Source: an uncultured Clostridia bacterium (GTDB lineage Bacteria; Bacillota; Clostridia; Christensenellales; UBA1242). From it: 64,000 nt of DNA. The notes under the pieces are model-generated. The model did not search any database and had not been told where the DNA came from. It was given only the letters and a program-made list of their open reading frames with translations. This document shows, in pieces, positions 19,975 to 28,723 of this stretch (the first letter of the stretch is position 1; each line of letters begins with the position of its first letter). Location: contig CAKVLR010000002.1 of assembly GCA_934757855.1 (NCBI GenBank), forward strand, positions 157,825 to 221,824, given 5' to 3'. The translations under genes and the position numbers were made by a program.

Positions 19975-20625
19975 TTATTTCAAAATACTGAGCAGGTCCT
20001 CAAGACTATTGTAGAGGTCCTCCTCTTCTTCATCTAGGTCATCACCTTTTGCAGACAAGATATCCTCAATTTCGCCGATTAACTCCTCACGCTGTTTCAT
20101 AGCGGAGTCATCATCATCACTCATAACCGCTGTCGAACGCTCACTAATGTTACGCAATCTATCACTTAACTCCTTTTTAGAAAGTTTGGTAGGTTTAGCA
20201 TAATGAACACTAAGTGGAATTTTTTGGTCATACATATGGTCGTTTCCATCAGTATTTTCAGTAGCAACAGTAATGACCTTTTTCCCGCCTGCGCGCAAGA
20301 AAGCAAGCAATGGCACCAAGTCCCCTACACCCGCAACGATAGCAAAAGTGTCAATAAATGGTTTGGTGTGATACATATTTACTGCATCAATAATAATACG
20401 CGTATCTAACTGAGATTTTGCGCGTTTTTTATAGCGCATAGTAGGTGTCGAATCAAAACCATATTTTTCGATAACCTCATCAAATTTGATGTGTTTGCGT
20501 TCGTTGAACCCGTAAACTTTGCAATAACAAAGATTGCCCGTCTTTTGAATTTGCTCGATAATGTCTTTAAACACTGGCAAACTTACTTTTGCGTTGTCAA
20601 TGTCGATTAAAAGTGCAATTTGCAT
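19975..20625 (-). CDS. NYN/LabA-like domain protein with an acidic C-terminal tail
   Basis: IALLIDIDNA...K.YG........D..II.DA.......D.FAIV.G.GD..PL......GKKVI pattern of the LabA/NYN (DUF88) fold. Confidence 0.65.
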   Translation of the reverse strand: MQIALLIDIDNAKVSLPVFKDIIEQIQKTGNLCYCKVYGFNERKHIKFDEVIEKYGFDSTPTMRYKKRAKSQLDTRIIIDAVNMYHTKPFIDTFAIVAGVGDLVPLLAFLRAGGKKVITVATENTDGNDHMYDQKIPLSVHYAKPTKLSKKELSDRLRNISERSTAVMSDDDDSAMKQREELIGEIEDILSAKGDDLDEEEEDLYNSLEDLLSILK

Positions 20626-20642
20626 AATAAAACCCTCCGCAA

Positions 20643-21488
20643 TTATTTTAAATTAATGTTTTTTCGCTTGTAGTAAAAGAGATATTGCTGGCAATAGCCA
20701 CTATCCATACCAAAAGTTTGCACAAACCATTCAGAGATTTTTTCGCGTTTTGTTTCTAGCCCTTTAAAATCTTCGTGATAGACCTTGTCTATCCAAGTAT
20801 CCACAGGGAACACATCAAAACGATTAAAACCAAATAGCAAAATGCAATCGGCGACTTTTGGACCAATACCTTTGAGTTTTAGCAATTCTTTCCGTAATTC
20901 AGTAGTTTTGAGTTTGCTAAGATTTTCCAAAAACATCGGCTCACTGATTTTTTGTATCGTTTCCACCAAATATGGCGCACGATAACCGCAACCGAAATTT
21001 ACAAAATCTTTTTCAGTAATTTGCTTTAAACTATCTAAATCTGGAAAGGCATATCCCCATTCCATTTTTTGCCCAAAATTTGTCGCAATCGCAGTCACAC
21101 TATTGCGTATGCGCGGTATGTTGTTGTTTGCGGAAATTATAAAATCAACTATAACCTCCACTAGTGGCTGGCGCAAGAGTCTAACCCCTTTGCCATATTC
21201 CAAAGCCGAGCCTAATATCTCAAATTTTCCCAGCCTCGATAATATCATATCATAATTTGTGTAAAAATCAAAATAATTTGCAAAGAAATTTGGATTTTCT
21301 GTATGAATTATGTAATTTTTGGGAGTTATACTCTCAATTTCGGCGTGGTATCCCCCCGAATTTACCCACCATACCCCATTTTCTTTGCAACCGAAACGGA
21401 ACACCTGTCCACTGGCAAGCGCCCCCTCTGGGGTAAAAGTATCTGCATTTTTTACTATTATTTTATCGTTTAAAATCTCATATTCCAT
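20643..21488 (-). CDS. ogg: 8-oxoguanine DNA glycosylase / AP lyase (Ogg, HhH-GPD family)
   Basis: OGG_N-like N-domain. HhH-GPD motif LKLKGIGPKVADCILLFG...VFPVDTWI with the catalytic Lys and Asp. Confidence 0.8.
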   Translation of the reverse strand: MEYEILNDKIIVKNADTFTPEGALASGQVFRFGCKENGVWWVNSGGYHAEIESITPKNYIIHTENPNFFANYFDFYTNYDMILSRLGKFEILGSALEYGKGVRLLRQPLVEVIVDFIISANNNIPRIRNSVTAIATNFGQKMEWGYAFPDLDSLKQITEKDFVNFGCGYRAPYLVETIQKISEPMFLENLSKLKTTELRKELLKLKGIGPKVADCILLFGFNRFDVFPVDTWIDKVYHEDFKGLETKREKISEWFVQTFGMDSGYCQQYLFYYKRKNINLK

Positions 21489-21567
21489 AATTAAATTTAC
21501 CTAAAATAAATTGCGGTTATGCCTATCAAAATATCAATAAGCAAGATATAAATTTTTGATTTTTTGC

Positions 21568-22320
21568 TTAATTTGCTTCATCAATTAAAATATGCACCGC
21601 TTCTTTAATAATCTTGTCATTTACCCCCAGCACTTGCCAGCCATTTGGTAGCCTTAGAGTCTTAATTCCCGCACACTCGCAAATGAAAATCCCTGGTACA
21701 ATGTCCCACGGTTTTTTAGTCACATCAAAGGTAATTACCGCGCCACTCACACCTTTAATCGCAAGCATACCATAAGTCACTGAGGTACAGCCAAAACTCC
21801 GCACACCGCGCACTTCTTCGCTTAATTTGTACGCAACTTTCCACTTGTCTTGTGTACCCTCAACTATCCATAACGAATGTTCAAAATCAATATTAGTATC
21901 TTTTTGAATAGGACTACCATTGCAAGTCACCCCTCGCTCGCGAGTGGCAGAAATAAGGAAGCCCAACTCAAATAAATTTATCACACTTGCAAGTACTTTT
22001 CCTTTTTCCATATACGCTAATTGAATACCACAAGTCGGCAACCCGTGCGCAAAATTTTTAGTACCGTCAATAGGGTCAATTAGGAAACAACATTTTTCTA
22101 TTTGTTTGTCACTATTCAACTCCTCGCTCACGATAGTTACCTCTGGGTAATTTCCCTTAATTTCCGCAATGCAATATTTTTCCACCTCAACATCAAGTTC
22201 GGTCACAACATCGCGCACACCTTTTTCAAAAACAGAGTAAGTAGGGTGTTCTTTGATAATTTTTTGGGCATTTTTCGCCAATTTTTCCAAAAATTCGAGT
22301 ATTTTTTCGCTTTTTCGCAT
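21568..22320 (-). CDS. inositol monophosphatase family protein
   Basis: Start moved to 22320 (RBS GGGAGAAAAA). Motifs VSEELNSD and IDPIDGTKNFAHG, and a WD..PG C-terminal motif. Confidence 0.85.
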   Translation of the reverse strand: MRKSEKILEFLEKLAKNAQKIIKEHPTYSVFEKGVRDVVTELDVEVEKYCIAEIKGNYPEVTIVSEELNSDKQIEKCCFLIDPIDGTKNFAHGLPTCGIQLAYMEKGKVLASVINLFELGFLISATRERGVTCNGSPIQKDTNIDFEHSLWIVEGTQDKWKVAYKLSEEVRGVRSFGCTSVTYGMLAIKGVSGAVITFDVTKKPWDIVPGIFICECAGIKTLRLPNGWQVLGVNDKIIKEAVHILIDEAN

Positions 22321-22376
22321 TTTTTCTCCCTTTTTATTCAAAAAATAAACAAGGTCAAAGCCTTGCTTAAATAAAA

Positions 22377-22619
22377 TTAATCTTGCTCGTTTGGGTTTTC
22401 TGTTTGGTTGATATTTTTCAAGTCGCAAATAGTATTAACAATCAAACTAGTGATACCGCACACAACAGCACCAGCAACAATAATCACCCAACCTGGGTGC
22501 CAAAAGCCAGCAAAAATACCCAAAAGAACATAAACCAAAATCGCAATCAACATAATAGCCCCGCAAATTGCTTCACTAACAACTTGCGCCTTAGACTTAT
22601 TTTCTTTTCCGTTTTCCAT
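22377..22619 (-). CDS. small membrane protein (2 TM), hypothetical
   Basis: Strong RBS GAGGGGGAA. Two hydrophobic helices. Confidence 0.5.
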   Translation of the reverse strand: MENGKENKSKAQVVSEAICGAIMLIAILVYVLLGIFAGFWHPGWVIIVAGAVVCGITSLIVNTICDLKNINQTENPNEQD

Positions 22620-22809
22620 AATATGCTTCCCCCTCTTTAATCTTCAATCAATTATATAATATTTTACGCAAAATGTAAAACAAAATTAATTAAATAACTA
22701 AAAATTAGTAAAAATTAAAATAAATTTTCATAAAAAATCACATAAAACTATTTTTTGTAACTTAAAAATTAAAAAATCTAATTTTTACTTAACTAAAACA
22801 AAACAGAAA

Positions 22810-23292
22810 TTAAACTCGTTCAGCCAAATCTTTCACTTTTTCATAGACATTGTCCACTGCTATCTTTTCCCCCTCGATACCAACCACAAAAGTCTTGCGC
22901 GGTACTGTATAGGCGTCTAGTTCAAATTTTACATTACCTAATTTATAAACATAACGGGTCCTAATCAAAGTATTATCTTCTGTTAAATTTAAAAATTCCA
23001 AGATTGAATTAATTACATTATCATCGGTGTATTTAAGAGGCAAAGATTCCTTTCTTTCCCCTAAAATCTGACCCTCGACTAGCTTATCTTCCTTAAAATC
23101 TAATTCTTTTGTAATCACGCCATTTTTCTCATTTACGGTAATTCTAGCCATATAAGTTCTATCCTTATCCCTAAAAATGGTACGCTGTTGCTTATGTTCC
23201 TCAACAAACTCATAATCATTGTTTTTACAAAAATTGATAAAAGGTTGTAAATCTTTCACCTCAAAACTATATTCATACTCTTTCAAACTCAT
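22810..23292 (-). CDS. CYTH-like domain protein (putative)
   Basis: 160 aa whose beta-strand pattern resembles class IV adenylyl cyclase / triphosphatase tunnel proteins (EYEYSFEV..., ...RTRYVYKLGNVKFELD...TFVVGIEGE). The N-terminal motif is ExExS rather than ExExK. Confidence 0.3.
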   Translation of the reverse strand: MSLKEYEYSFEVKDLQPFINFCKNNDYEFVEEHKQQRTIFRDKDRTYMARITVNEKNGVITKELDFKEDKLVEGQILGERKESLPLKYTDDNVINSILEFLNLTEDNTLIRTRYVYKLGNVKFELDAYTVPRKTFVVGIEGEKIAVDNVYEKVKDLAERV

Positions 23293-23351
23293 AATATCCT
23301 CCTAGACAATTCTAAATTACAACAAAAAAGAGAGCAAAAGCCCTCTATATA

Positions 23352-23627
23352 TTATTCAGTAACTACTGAGATAACTTTCTTGTTTTGTTTTGAGCGTGTA
23401 AACTTCACAGTACCTTCTGCCGTAGCAAAAAGAGTGTAATCTTTACCGCAACCAACATTTTGACCAGCGTGATATTGAGTACCGCGTTGGCGTACAATAA
23501 TTTCGCCTGCTTTTACTAAAGTGCCATCAGAGCGTTTGATACCTAAGCGTTTTGCTTCACTATCTCTACCGTTCTTACTACTACCTTGTCCTTTTTTGTG
23601 GGCGAATAGTTGAATATTAATAAACAT
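23352..23627 (-). CDS. rpmA: 50S ribosomal protein L27 with a cleavable N-terminal extension
   Basis: Start moved to 23627 (RBS GGAGG). [23 protein letters not shown] shows the Firmicute pro-peptide removed by Prp. Confidence 0.95.
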   Translation of the reverse strand: MFINIQLFAHKKGQGSSKNGRDSEAKRLGIKRSDGTLVKAGEIIVRQRGTQYHAGQNVGCGKDYTLFATAEGTVKFTRSKQNKKVISVVTE

Positions 23628-23955
23628 CACTAACCTCCATTTCAATAAAATCGCTGTACTCGCTATAAAGGTCGCCAAGTCCGCACATCATTGTGGCAAA
23701 AATCACTTGCACATCGTGAGCGGTTTGGCTATCCAAATTTTGCGGTACAATAATTTCAAAATAGGCTTTTTCATCATTACGAACAATTTGCACATTCGCA
23801 CAAGCAACCGTGAGCATACCGAGCGCGCAAGTTTGCACAATGCTAGATAGCCCCGCACAAACTATATCTTCCCCAGCCACTCCGTAACCCGCGTGACCTT
23901 CGCAAATTATTCTTGTATAAATGTCGCCTTTTTTGAAAACTGTAACTTTCGTCAT
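23617..23955 (-). CDS. prp: ribosomal-processing cysteine protease Prp
   Basis: 112 aa between rplU and rpmA. GHAGYG....DIVCAGLS motif. Confidence 0.85.
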   Translation of the reverse strand: MTKVTVFKKGDIYTRIICEGHAGYGVAGEDIVCAGLSSIVQTCALGMLTVACANVQIVRNDEKAYFEIIVPQNLDSQTAHDVQVIFATMMCGLGDLYSEYSDFIEMEVSDVY

Positions 23956-23980
23956 AATATGACCCCCAAAGAATTTAGGT

Positions 23981-24289
23981 CTATTTCTTTATAGCGTCGA
24001 TTTTAATCTTGCTATATGGCTGACGGTGACCTTGTGCACGGTGGTGTCCGTTCATCTTTTTGTAGATAGCAAGTTGCACTTTCTTGCCCTTACCGTGTTC
24101 AAGCACAGTAGCCTCAACACTAGCGCCAGCAACAGTTGGAGTGCCGAAAACACTTCCTTTCTCATCGCCAAGCATCAAGCAATCAAAAGTAACCTTTTGG
24201 TTAGCCTCTACATCAAGACGCTCAACAGTCAAAACATCGCCTTGTTGCACTTTGTACTGTTTACCGCCTGTCTTAATAATAGCGTACAT
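23981..24289 (-). CDS. rplU: 50S ribosomal protein L21
   Basis: MYAIIKTGGKQYKVQQGDVL...GHRQPY. Confidence 0.95.
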   Translation of the reverse strand: MYAIIKTGGKQYKVQQGDVLTVERLDVEANQKVTFDCLMLGDEKGSVFGTPTVAGASVEATVLEHGKGKKVQLAIYKKMNGHHRAQGHRQPYSKIKIDAIKK

Positions 24290-24409
24290 AATTATACCCT
24301 CCTCTAAACCAATCTCGCTAGAAATTCAAGGCATTGCAAATGCAATTTAAAATAGCCCGTTCTACGCGGATACAAGTTAGATTGTATCATAAATAAACAA
24401 TTCTGTCAA
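24290..24409 (-). promoter_or_regulatory. sigma-A-type promoter plus structured leader of the rplU-prp-rpmA operon (possible L21 leader)
   Basis: Minus strand reads TTGACA (24409-24404), 17 nt, TACAAT (24386-24381). The roughly 90-nt leader contains the hairpin ATTGCA-TTT-TGCAAT and a GC-rich stem region. Identity with the Rfam L21 leader was not verified. Confidence 0.5.
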
Positions 24410-24639
24410 TATTTTATAGCAAAAAAGATAAACTCCCCCTTTTTAAAAAATGAACGATTTATCTACTGCATAATTTTGGCTTAAATAGTTTTTCATTTTT
24501 TAAATTTTATAACAAAAAATGAACATACAAAAAAGCAACAACTTTTTTCTATCAGTCGTTACTTTTTAATCAAAAATATCAAATATAAATTTTTAAGAAA
24601 TAGCACATCGGTTTGCACCATTAATCTATCAATTCGCTT

Positions 24640-26511
24640 TTATAAAATAGTGTCATCGTTGTTGGTTTCGCTATTTATGTTGTTGTTTTTAATAAGCGCA
24701 AAGTTTGCAGTCACCACCTTGCCTTTTATGAGGCTATATGGAATATTATCGGTCATTCGGTAACTAGACAAATCTACCCCTTCTGCACTCCAGCCCGTAA
24801 AAGTGTAGCCAGTAAATGGCACGGCACTTAAATGCACGGCTTCGATTTCTTCGCTTGTATCAAAGCCAATTACGCGCGCCTCACCGCCGTTTGTGGCAAA
24901 TGTAGCCACTCCCTCGATACTTGCTCCCCCGCTAGGCGGATTTTGATATACTGGAGCGGTAATGTGCGCAAGATTGATAGTCATATTTGTGATACCATAC
25001 ACATAGTGGAAGTAGAACACAACGGTATTATTCGTATCTTTCACCGCATAATGCACTTGATAAGCGTAGCCCGCCCCGTATAGAGATGCATCATAATATT
25101 TGAGATAAAAACTCATTCCATCAATCACAACATCAGTAACATAATACCCAGTCACTGGATTTACCACAATATAAAGGTCGCTTCCATCTTCCGAGCGCAT
25201 CATAATTGCTTTGCTACTGTCGGACAAAGTCGCCTTAACGCCAGTAGTAAAAAAGTGTGCGGTAAGATTTATATTTTTGCTTAAAGTAAATTTAAGCGGA
25301 TTGGTGGTAAACACTTCATCATTTAACTCCCAATAACCGAATTTGTAGTCACCCGTTGGACTTGCAGTTACCTCAAAATCAGTGTTTTGTGTATAAATTC
25401 CCGCAGTTGCGCCAGACACAGTGCCCCCGCCATCAATAGTAATAGTTAGTCTGCATTTTTCGTAAACCGCATATGCAGTCTTGTTGTCATTATAAGCATA
25501 ATTATCTGTGGAACTAATAAAATTAGTATCGCTAGTACTCCATTTCCAACCAGTCAATGCATAGTCACCCTTGACCGCCATGGTAGGCAATTCACCTATT
25601 GCAACACCCTGCGTAACCGTTTTTGAGGTGGTGGTATAGTCCGTTCCGCCTCCATAGTCAAAAGTAAGTGTATGTGTCCAAATGGCATAAACGGTGCTAC
25701 TATAAACATATGTATATCTTGTACTAGAAGAAATGTAACTTACCGAAGAAGTGCTCCAAGACCAACCTTTAAAGGTATGCCCAGCCCACGCGTTTGGAGT
25801 AGGCAAAGTACCTATTGATGAATTATATGTTACTGATTTAGAAGATGTATTACCACTTCCACCATTATAATTAAAAGTTAGTGTATAAGTTTCAGGCGTT
25901 AAATCACTTGAAGATATACCACTGATACTTACTTCTATATACATATATGCATAAGGCTTGATAGTTCCTTCGCTTCTAAACCCGTAAGGAAAACTAGAAA
26001 TTTTATAGGTAGCGCTACTAGAATAACCAGTGGACTTAGATGCCGAAGTGCTTATATAATCACCATAACGAGAGCCACTATTTTTAGACAGAGCATCAGA
26101 GCGCGCGGATGATTCCGAATCACCAGAACCAGTCCTAATAATACAACTTACACTAGATGGCCATTTGCTCTTGTCTATTTCATAGCCATTTGTAATATAT
26201 AAGGAAAAATCCGAACCAGAGATAGCCCACTCAGTATAACTACCATTTTGCGTACCTCGTACCGAAGCCCAAAGCCTACCAATTGCAGTACAAGATGTAT
26301 AAACCTCAGCATACCCGTAATGTGTGACACCAGCCGAACTATTAGTGATATAATCATGTCGTATTATCTCCACACCCTCAGCTGGTTGCCTTATATTTTT
26401 ATTTAAAACACCAAAGGCAAATAGGCTACCAAACACAACCGCTAGCACGATAGGCACCACAATCAAAATAGCAAGAATTGTCTTTTTTGTGCTAAACTTT
26501 ACTCTCTCCAT
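24640..26511 (-). CDS. membrane-anchored surface protein with Listeria-Bacteroides (InlB B-type) repeats
   Basis: Start moved to 26511 (GGAGG RBS). N-terminal TM anchor. At least four repeats of the type YTLTFNYNGGSG...GTLPTP...GHTFKGWSW, LTFDYGGGTD...YALTGWKW, ...YKFGYWEL and ...GYTFTGWSA. Confidence 0.7.
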   Translation of the reverse strand: MERVKFSTKKTILAILIVVPIVLAVVFGSLFAFGVLNKNIRQPAEGVEIIRHDYITNSSAGVTHYGYAEVYTSCTAIGRLWASVRGTQNGSYTEWAISGSDFSLYITNGYEIDKSKWPSSVSCIIRTGSGDSESSARSDALSKNSGSRYGDYISTSASKSTGYSSSATYKISSFPYGFRSEGTIKPYAYMYIEVSISGISSSDLTPETYTLTFNYNGGSGNTSSKSVTYNSSIGTLPTPNAWAGHTFKGWSWSTSSVSYISSSTRYTYVYSSTVYAIWTHTLTFDYGGGTDYTTTSKTVTQGVAIGELPTMAVKGDYALTGWKWSTSDTNFISSTDNYAYNDNKTAYAVYEKCRLTITIDGGGTVSGATAGIYTQNTDFEVTASPTGDYKFGYWELNDEVFTTNPLKFTLSKNINLTAHFFTTGVKATLSDSSKAIMMRSEDGSDLYIVVNPVTGYYVTDVVIDGMSFYLKYYDASLYGAGYAYQVHYAVKDTNNTVVFYFHYVYGITNMTINLAHITAPVYQNPPSGGASIEGVATFATNGGEARVIGFDTSEEIEAVHLSAVPFTGYTFTGWSAEGVDLSSYRMTDNIPYSLIKGKVVTANFALIKNNNINSETNNDDTIL

Positions 26512-26730
26512 AAAAACCTCCATTTTTTATGTTTTGTGTTTCAATTACTTACTATACCAAATTTTTATAATAATTTGTGCAAAATTCACAAGTGTTAACA
26601 TTTATTTTGAAAAATCTTTGAAATTTGACCTCATTTTACAAATTTTCGAGAAAAAAGCAACTAATAAAGCAAAATTTTTCATTTTTTAAAGTATTTTTTG
26701 TGAAATTTGTACATATATTATATATTATAC

Positions 26731-26774
26731 GGAACATTTTGTTCCAAGTCAACAAAATGAGAACAAATTGTTCT
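26731..26774 (+). promoter_or_regulatory. two palindromic operator-like sites in front of the XRE gene
   Basis: GGAACA-TTT-TGTTCC (26731-26745) and AGAACAA-A-TTGTTCT (26760-26774), centres 29 bp apart. They sit between a TTGTGA-17-TATATT promoter-like element and the ATG at 26787. Confidence 0.5.
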
Positions 26775-26786
26775 AAAATATTTATT

Positions 26787-26990
26787 ATGAGTAAATTTGC
26801 AGAAAGATTGAAATCGGAAAGAGAATATTTGGGGTTAAGCCGTACGGACTTAGCCCAAAAGTTACAAGTGAGCGTGCGTGCTATCACCTACTGGGAAAAT
26901 GGGCAACGCGAATGTGATTTTGACACTTTAATTATTCTTGCAAATATTCTCAACACCTCCACCGATTTCCTCTTAGGCAACGATAAATAA
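26787..26990 (+). CDS. XRE-family helix-turn-helix transcriptional regulator
   Basis: Start moved to 26787. FAERLKSEREYLGLSRTDLAQKLQVSVRAITYWENGQRECDFDTLIILANILNTSTDFLLG is a canonical HTH_3 domain. Confidence 0.85.
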   Translation: MSKFAERLKSEREYLGLSRTDLAQKLQVSVRAITYWENGQRECDFDTLIILANILNTSTDFLLGNDK

Positions 26991-27105
26991 AACTTTTCTT
27001 TTTGATTAATTTGCTATGCGGTATATAAAATGTTTGCATTTTTGCATTTTTTTTGTTATACTAGATTTGTTTATGAAAAAAATGTAGAAAATTTGGAGTT
27101 TTATT

Positions 27106-28383
27106 ATGATAGAAGTAGTGGCTGTTACCACAAAACAGCAGTTGAGGCAATTTGTGAAATTTCCTCTCAAACTTTACAAAGGTGACCCTTTTTATGTGCC
27201 CGCCCTGTATGCAGATGAATTGAATATTTTAGACCCTAAAACAAGCATACACCAAGGGGCTGATGCGGAATGTCAGTGTTTTTTATGTTACAAAGATAAA
27301 AAAGTTGTTGCGCGTTGCGCAGGAATTATTAGCAATCTTTACAACGAGAAAAACAACTCAAAGCGTATGCGCATAAGCCGTTTTGACTGCATAGATGATA
27401 TAGAAGTGGCAAAGGCTATTTTAGATGCTGTGGAAAACTGGGGGCGTTCAAAAGGAATGGAAGTTGTACACGGTCCGCTAGGTTTTAACGATTTGGAGCG
27501 CGAAGGTCTGCTGATTGAGGGCTTTGACCGTATGTGTACTTTTGAATCTGCTTATTCTTACCCATACTACCAAAAATTGCTAGAAAATTTGGGTTACACA
27601 AAAGAGGTGGATTGGATTGAGTGGCAAATTAAGATACCTGAAAAATGTGATGAGCGTAACGAGCGACTTTCGGAAGCGGTGCAAAAACGCCTAAATATTC
27701 ACGAGGCTGAAATTAAGAGTGTAAACCAACTTTTGCGCGACTATTACGAGCAAATTTTTGACTTGCTTGATGAAGCGTACGGCAAACTTTACGGCACTGT
27801 ACCTATTACCGAACGCGTGCGCAAGGGAATGATTGCGCAATTCAAGTTGGTACTCAATAAAGATTTAATCTCAATTTTGGTCGATGAAAATGACAAGGTT
27901 GTTGGTTTTGGTCTTGCATTTCCTAGTATCGCACAAGCCTCACACAAGACAAACGGCAAATTGTTCCCATTTGGCTGGATACGCTTTTTACACACAATTC
28001 ATCACATAGACACTTTGGACTTAGCGTTAATTGCTGTTGCACCCGAACTACAAGACAAAGGCTTGACTGCGATTATTTTCCATAATATGCTATCTCGAAT
28101 AGTTGAAAAGAAAATGGGTATTCGTATCGCTGAAACAAATCTTCAACTCGAAGAAAACGAAAAGATACAGCAATTATTCAAGCAATACGACCACGAACAA
28201 GTGCGCCGTAGGAGATGCTATGTAAAAAGTCTAACGGGCAAAGAACTTGCACTTGCAAAATCAATCAACAAAAATGCAAAGAAATTAAAAAAGGCGACTA
28301 CCGCTGACACCTCACCTCACAAAAAACTTACTTCAAAGCGCAAAGCCAAGGCAAATGCAAAATTAAACCAACCGTTAGCGTAA
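27106..28383 (+). CDS. GNAT-fold N-acyltransferase-like protein with a Lys-rich tail (putative)
   Basis: GGAG RBS. The N-terminal pattern F..FP..LYKGDP.YVP.L..D......P.......A....FL......VV.R.AGI, followed by GP.GF.D.E..G.L.EGF, resembles a widespread uncharacterised GNAT-like family. Confidence 0.4.
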   Translation: MIEVVAVTTKQQLRQFVKFPLKLYKGDPFYVPALYADELNILDPKTSIHQGADAECQCFLCYKDKKVVARCAGIISNLYNEKNNSKRMRISRFDCIDDIEVAKAILDAVENWGRSKGMEVVHGPLGFNDLEREGLLIEGFDRMCTFESAYSYPYYQKLLENLGYTKEVDWIEWQIKIPEKCDERNERLSEAVQKRLNIHEAEIKSVNQLLRDYYEQIFDLLDEAYGKLYGTVPITERVRKGMIAQFKLVLNKDLISILVDENDKVVGFGLAFPSIAQASHKTNGKLFPFGWIRFLHTIHHIDTLDLALIAVAPELQDKGLTAIIFHNMLSRIVEKKMGIRIAETNLQLEENEKIQQLFKQYDHEQVRRRRCYVKSLTGKELALAKSINKNAKKLKKATTADTSPHKKLTSKRKAKANAKLNQPLA

Positions 28384-28390
28384 AATAGAA

Positions 28391-28425
28391 AAGAAAGTCA
28401 TTAGATTTTGACTTTCTTTTTTTAT
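28391..28425 (+). terminator. rho-independent terminator after the GNAT-like gene
   Basis: AGAAAGTCA / TGACTTTCT stem followed by TTTTTTT. Confidence 0.75.
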
Positions 28426-28495
28426 TATAAATTAATTTGATATAAAATTTAATATTTATTATTCAATTTTCTGCATATTTGCAAATTAAATTTCG

Positions 28496-28723
28496 CTATA
28501 TCACGACTAAAAATATCGCTACGCCAAAACATATAAAGCAAAACACAAAATATACCCATTTTATAGGGCGCTCCATATGGTTTTTCCCCTTGTTGATTGA
28601 AAGCGCTAAAAACAAGAATGTTAGCAATACCAAAGCAAGCACGATAAACCCTTTTAGAGTTTCATCCATCATACGAATAGCATTTAGCCAAGAATTCCAA
28701 ACATCACACACCAAACTAAGCAT
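28496..28723 (-). CDS. small membrane protein (2 TM), hypothetical
   Basis: Strong RBS GGGGGAG 7 nt upstream of the ATG. Overlaps the gpmI stop by 8 nt, consistent with translational coupling. Confidence 0.5.
   Translation of the reverse strand: MLSLVCDVWNSWLNAIRMMDETLKGFIVLALVLLTFLFLALSINKGKNHMERPIKWVYFVFCFICFGVAIFLVVI

Noticed and set aside
26731-26774. LexA (Cheo-box) interpretation of the GAACA...TGTTC palindromes
   Set aside because: The Firmicute SOS box is GAAC-N4-GTTC, whereas both sites here have 5 nt between GAAC and GTTC. They also sit directly in front of an XRE regulator gene, so autoregulation is the simpler reading.
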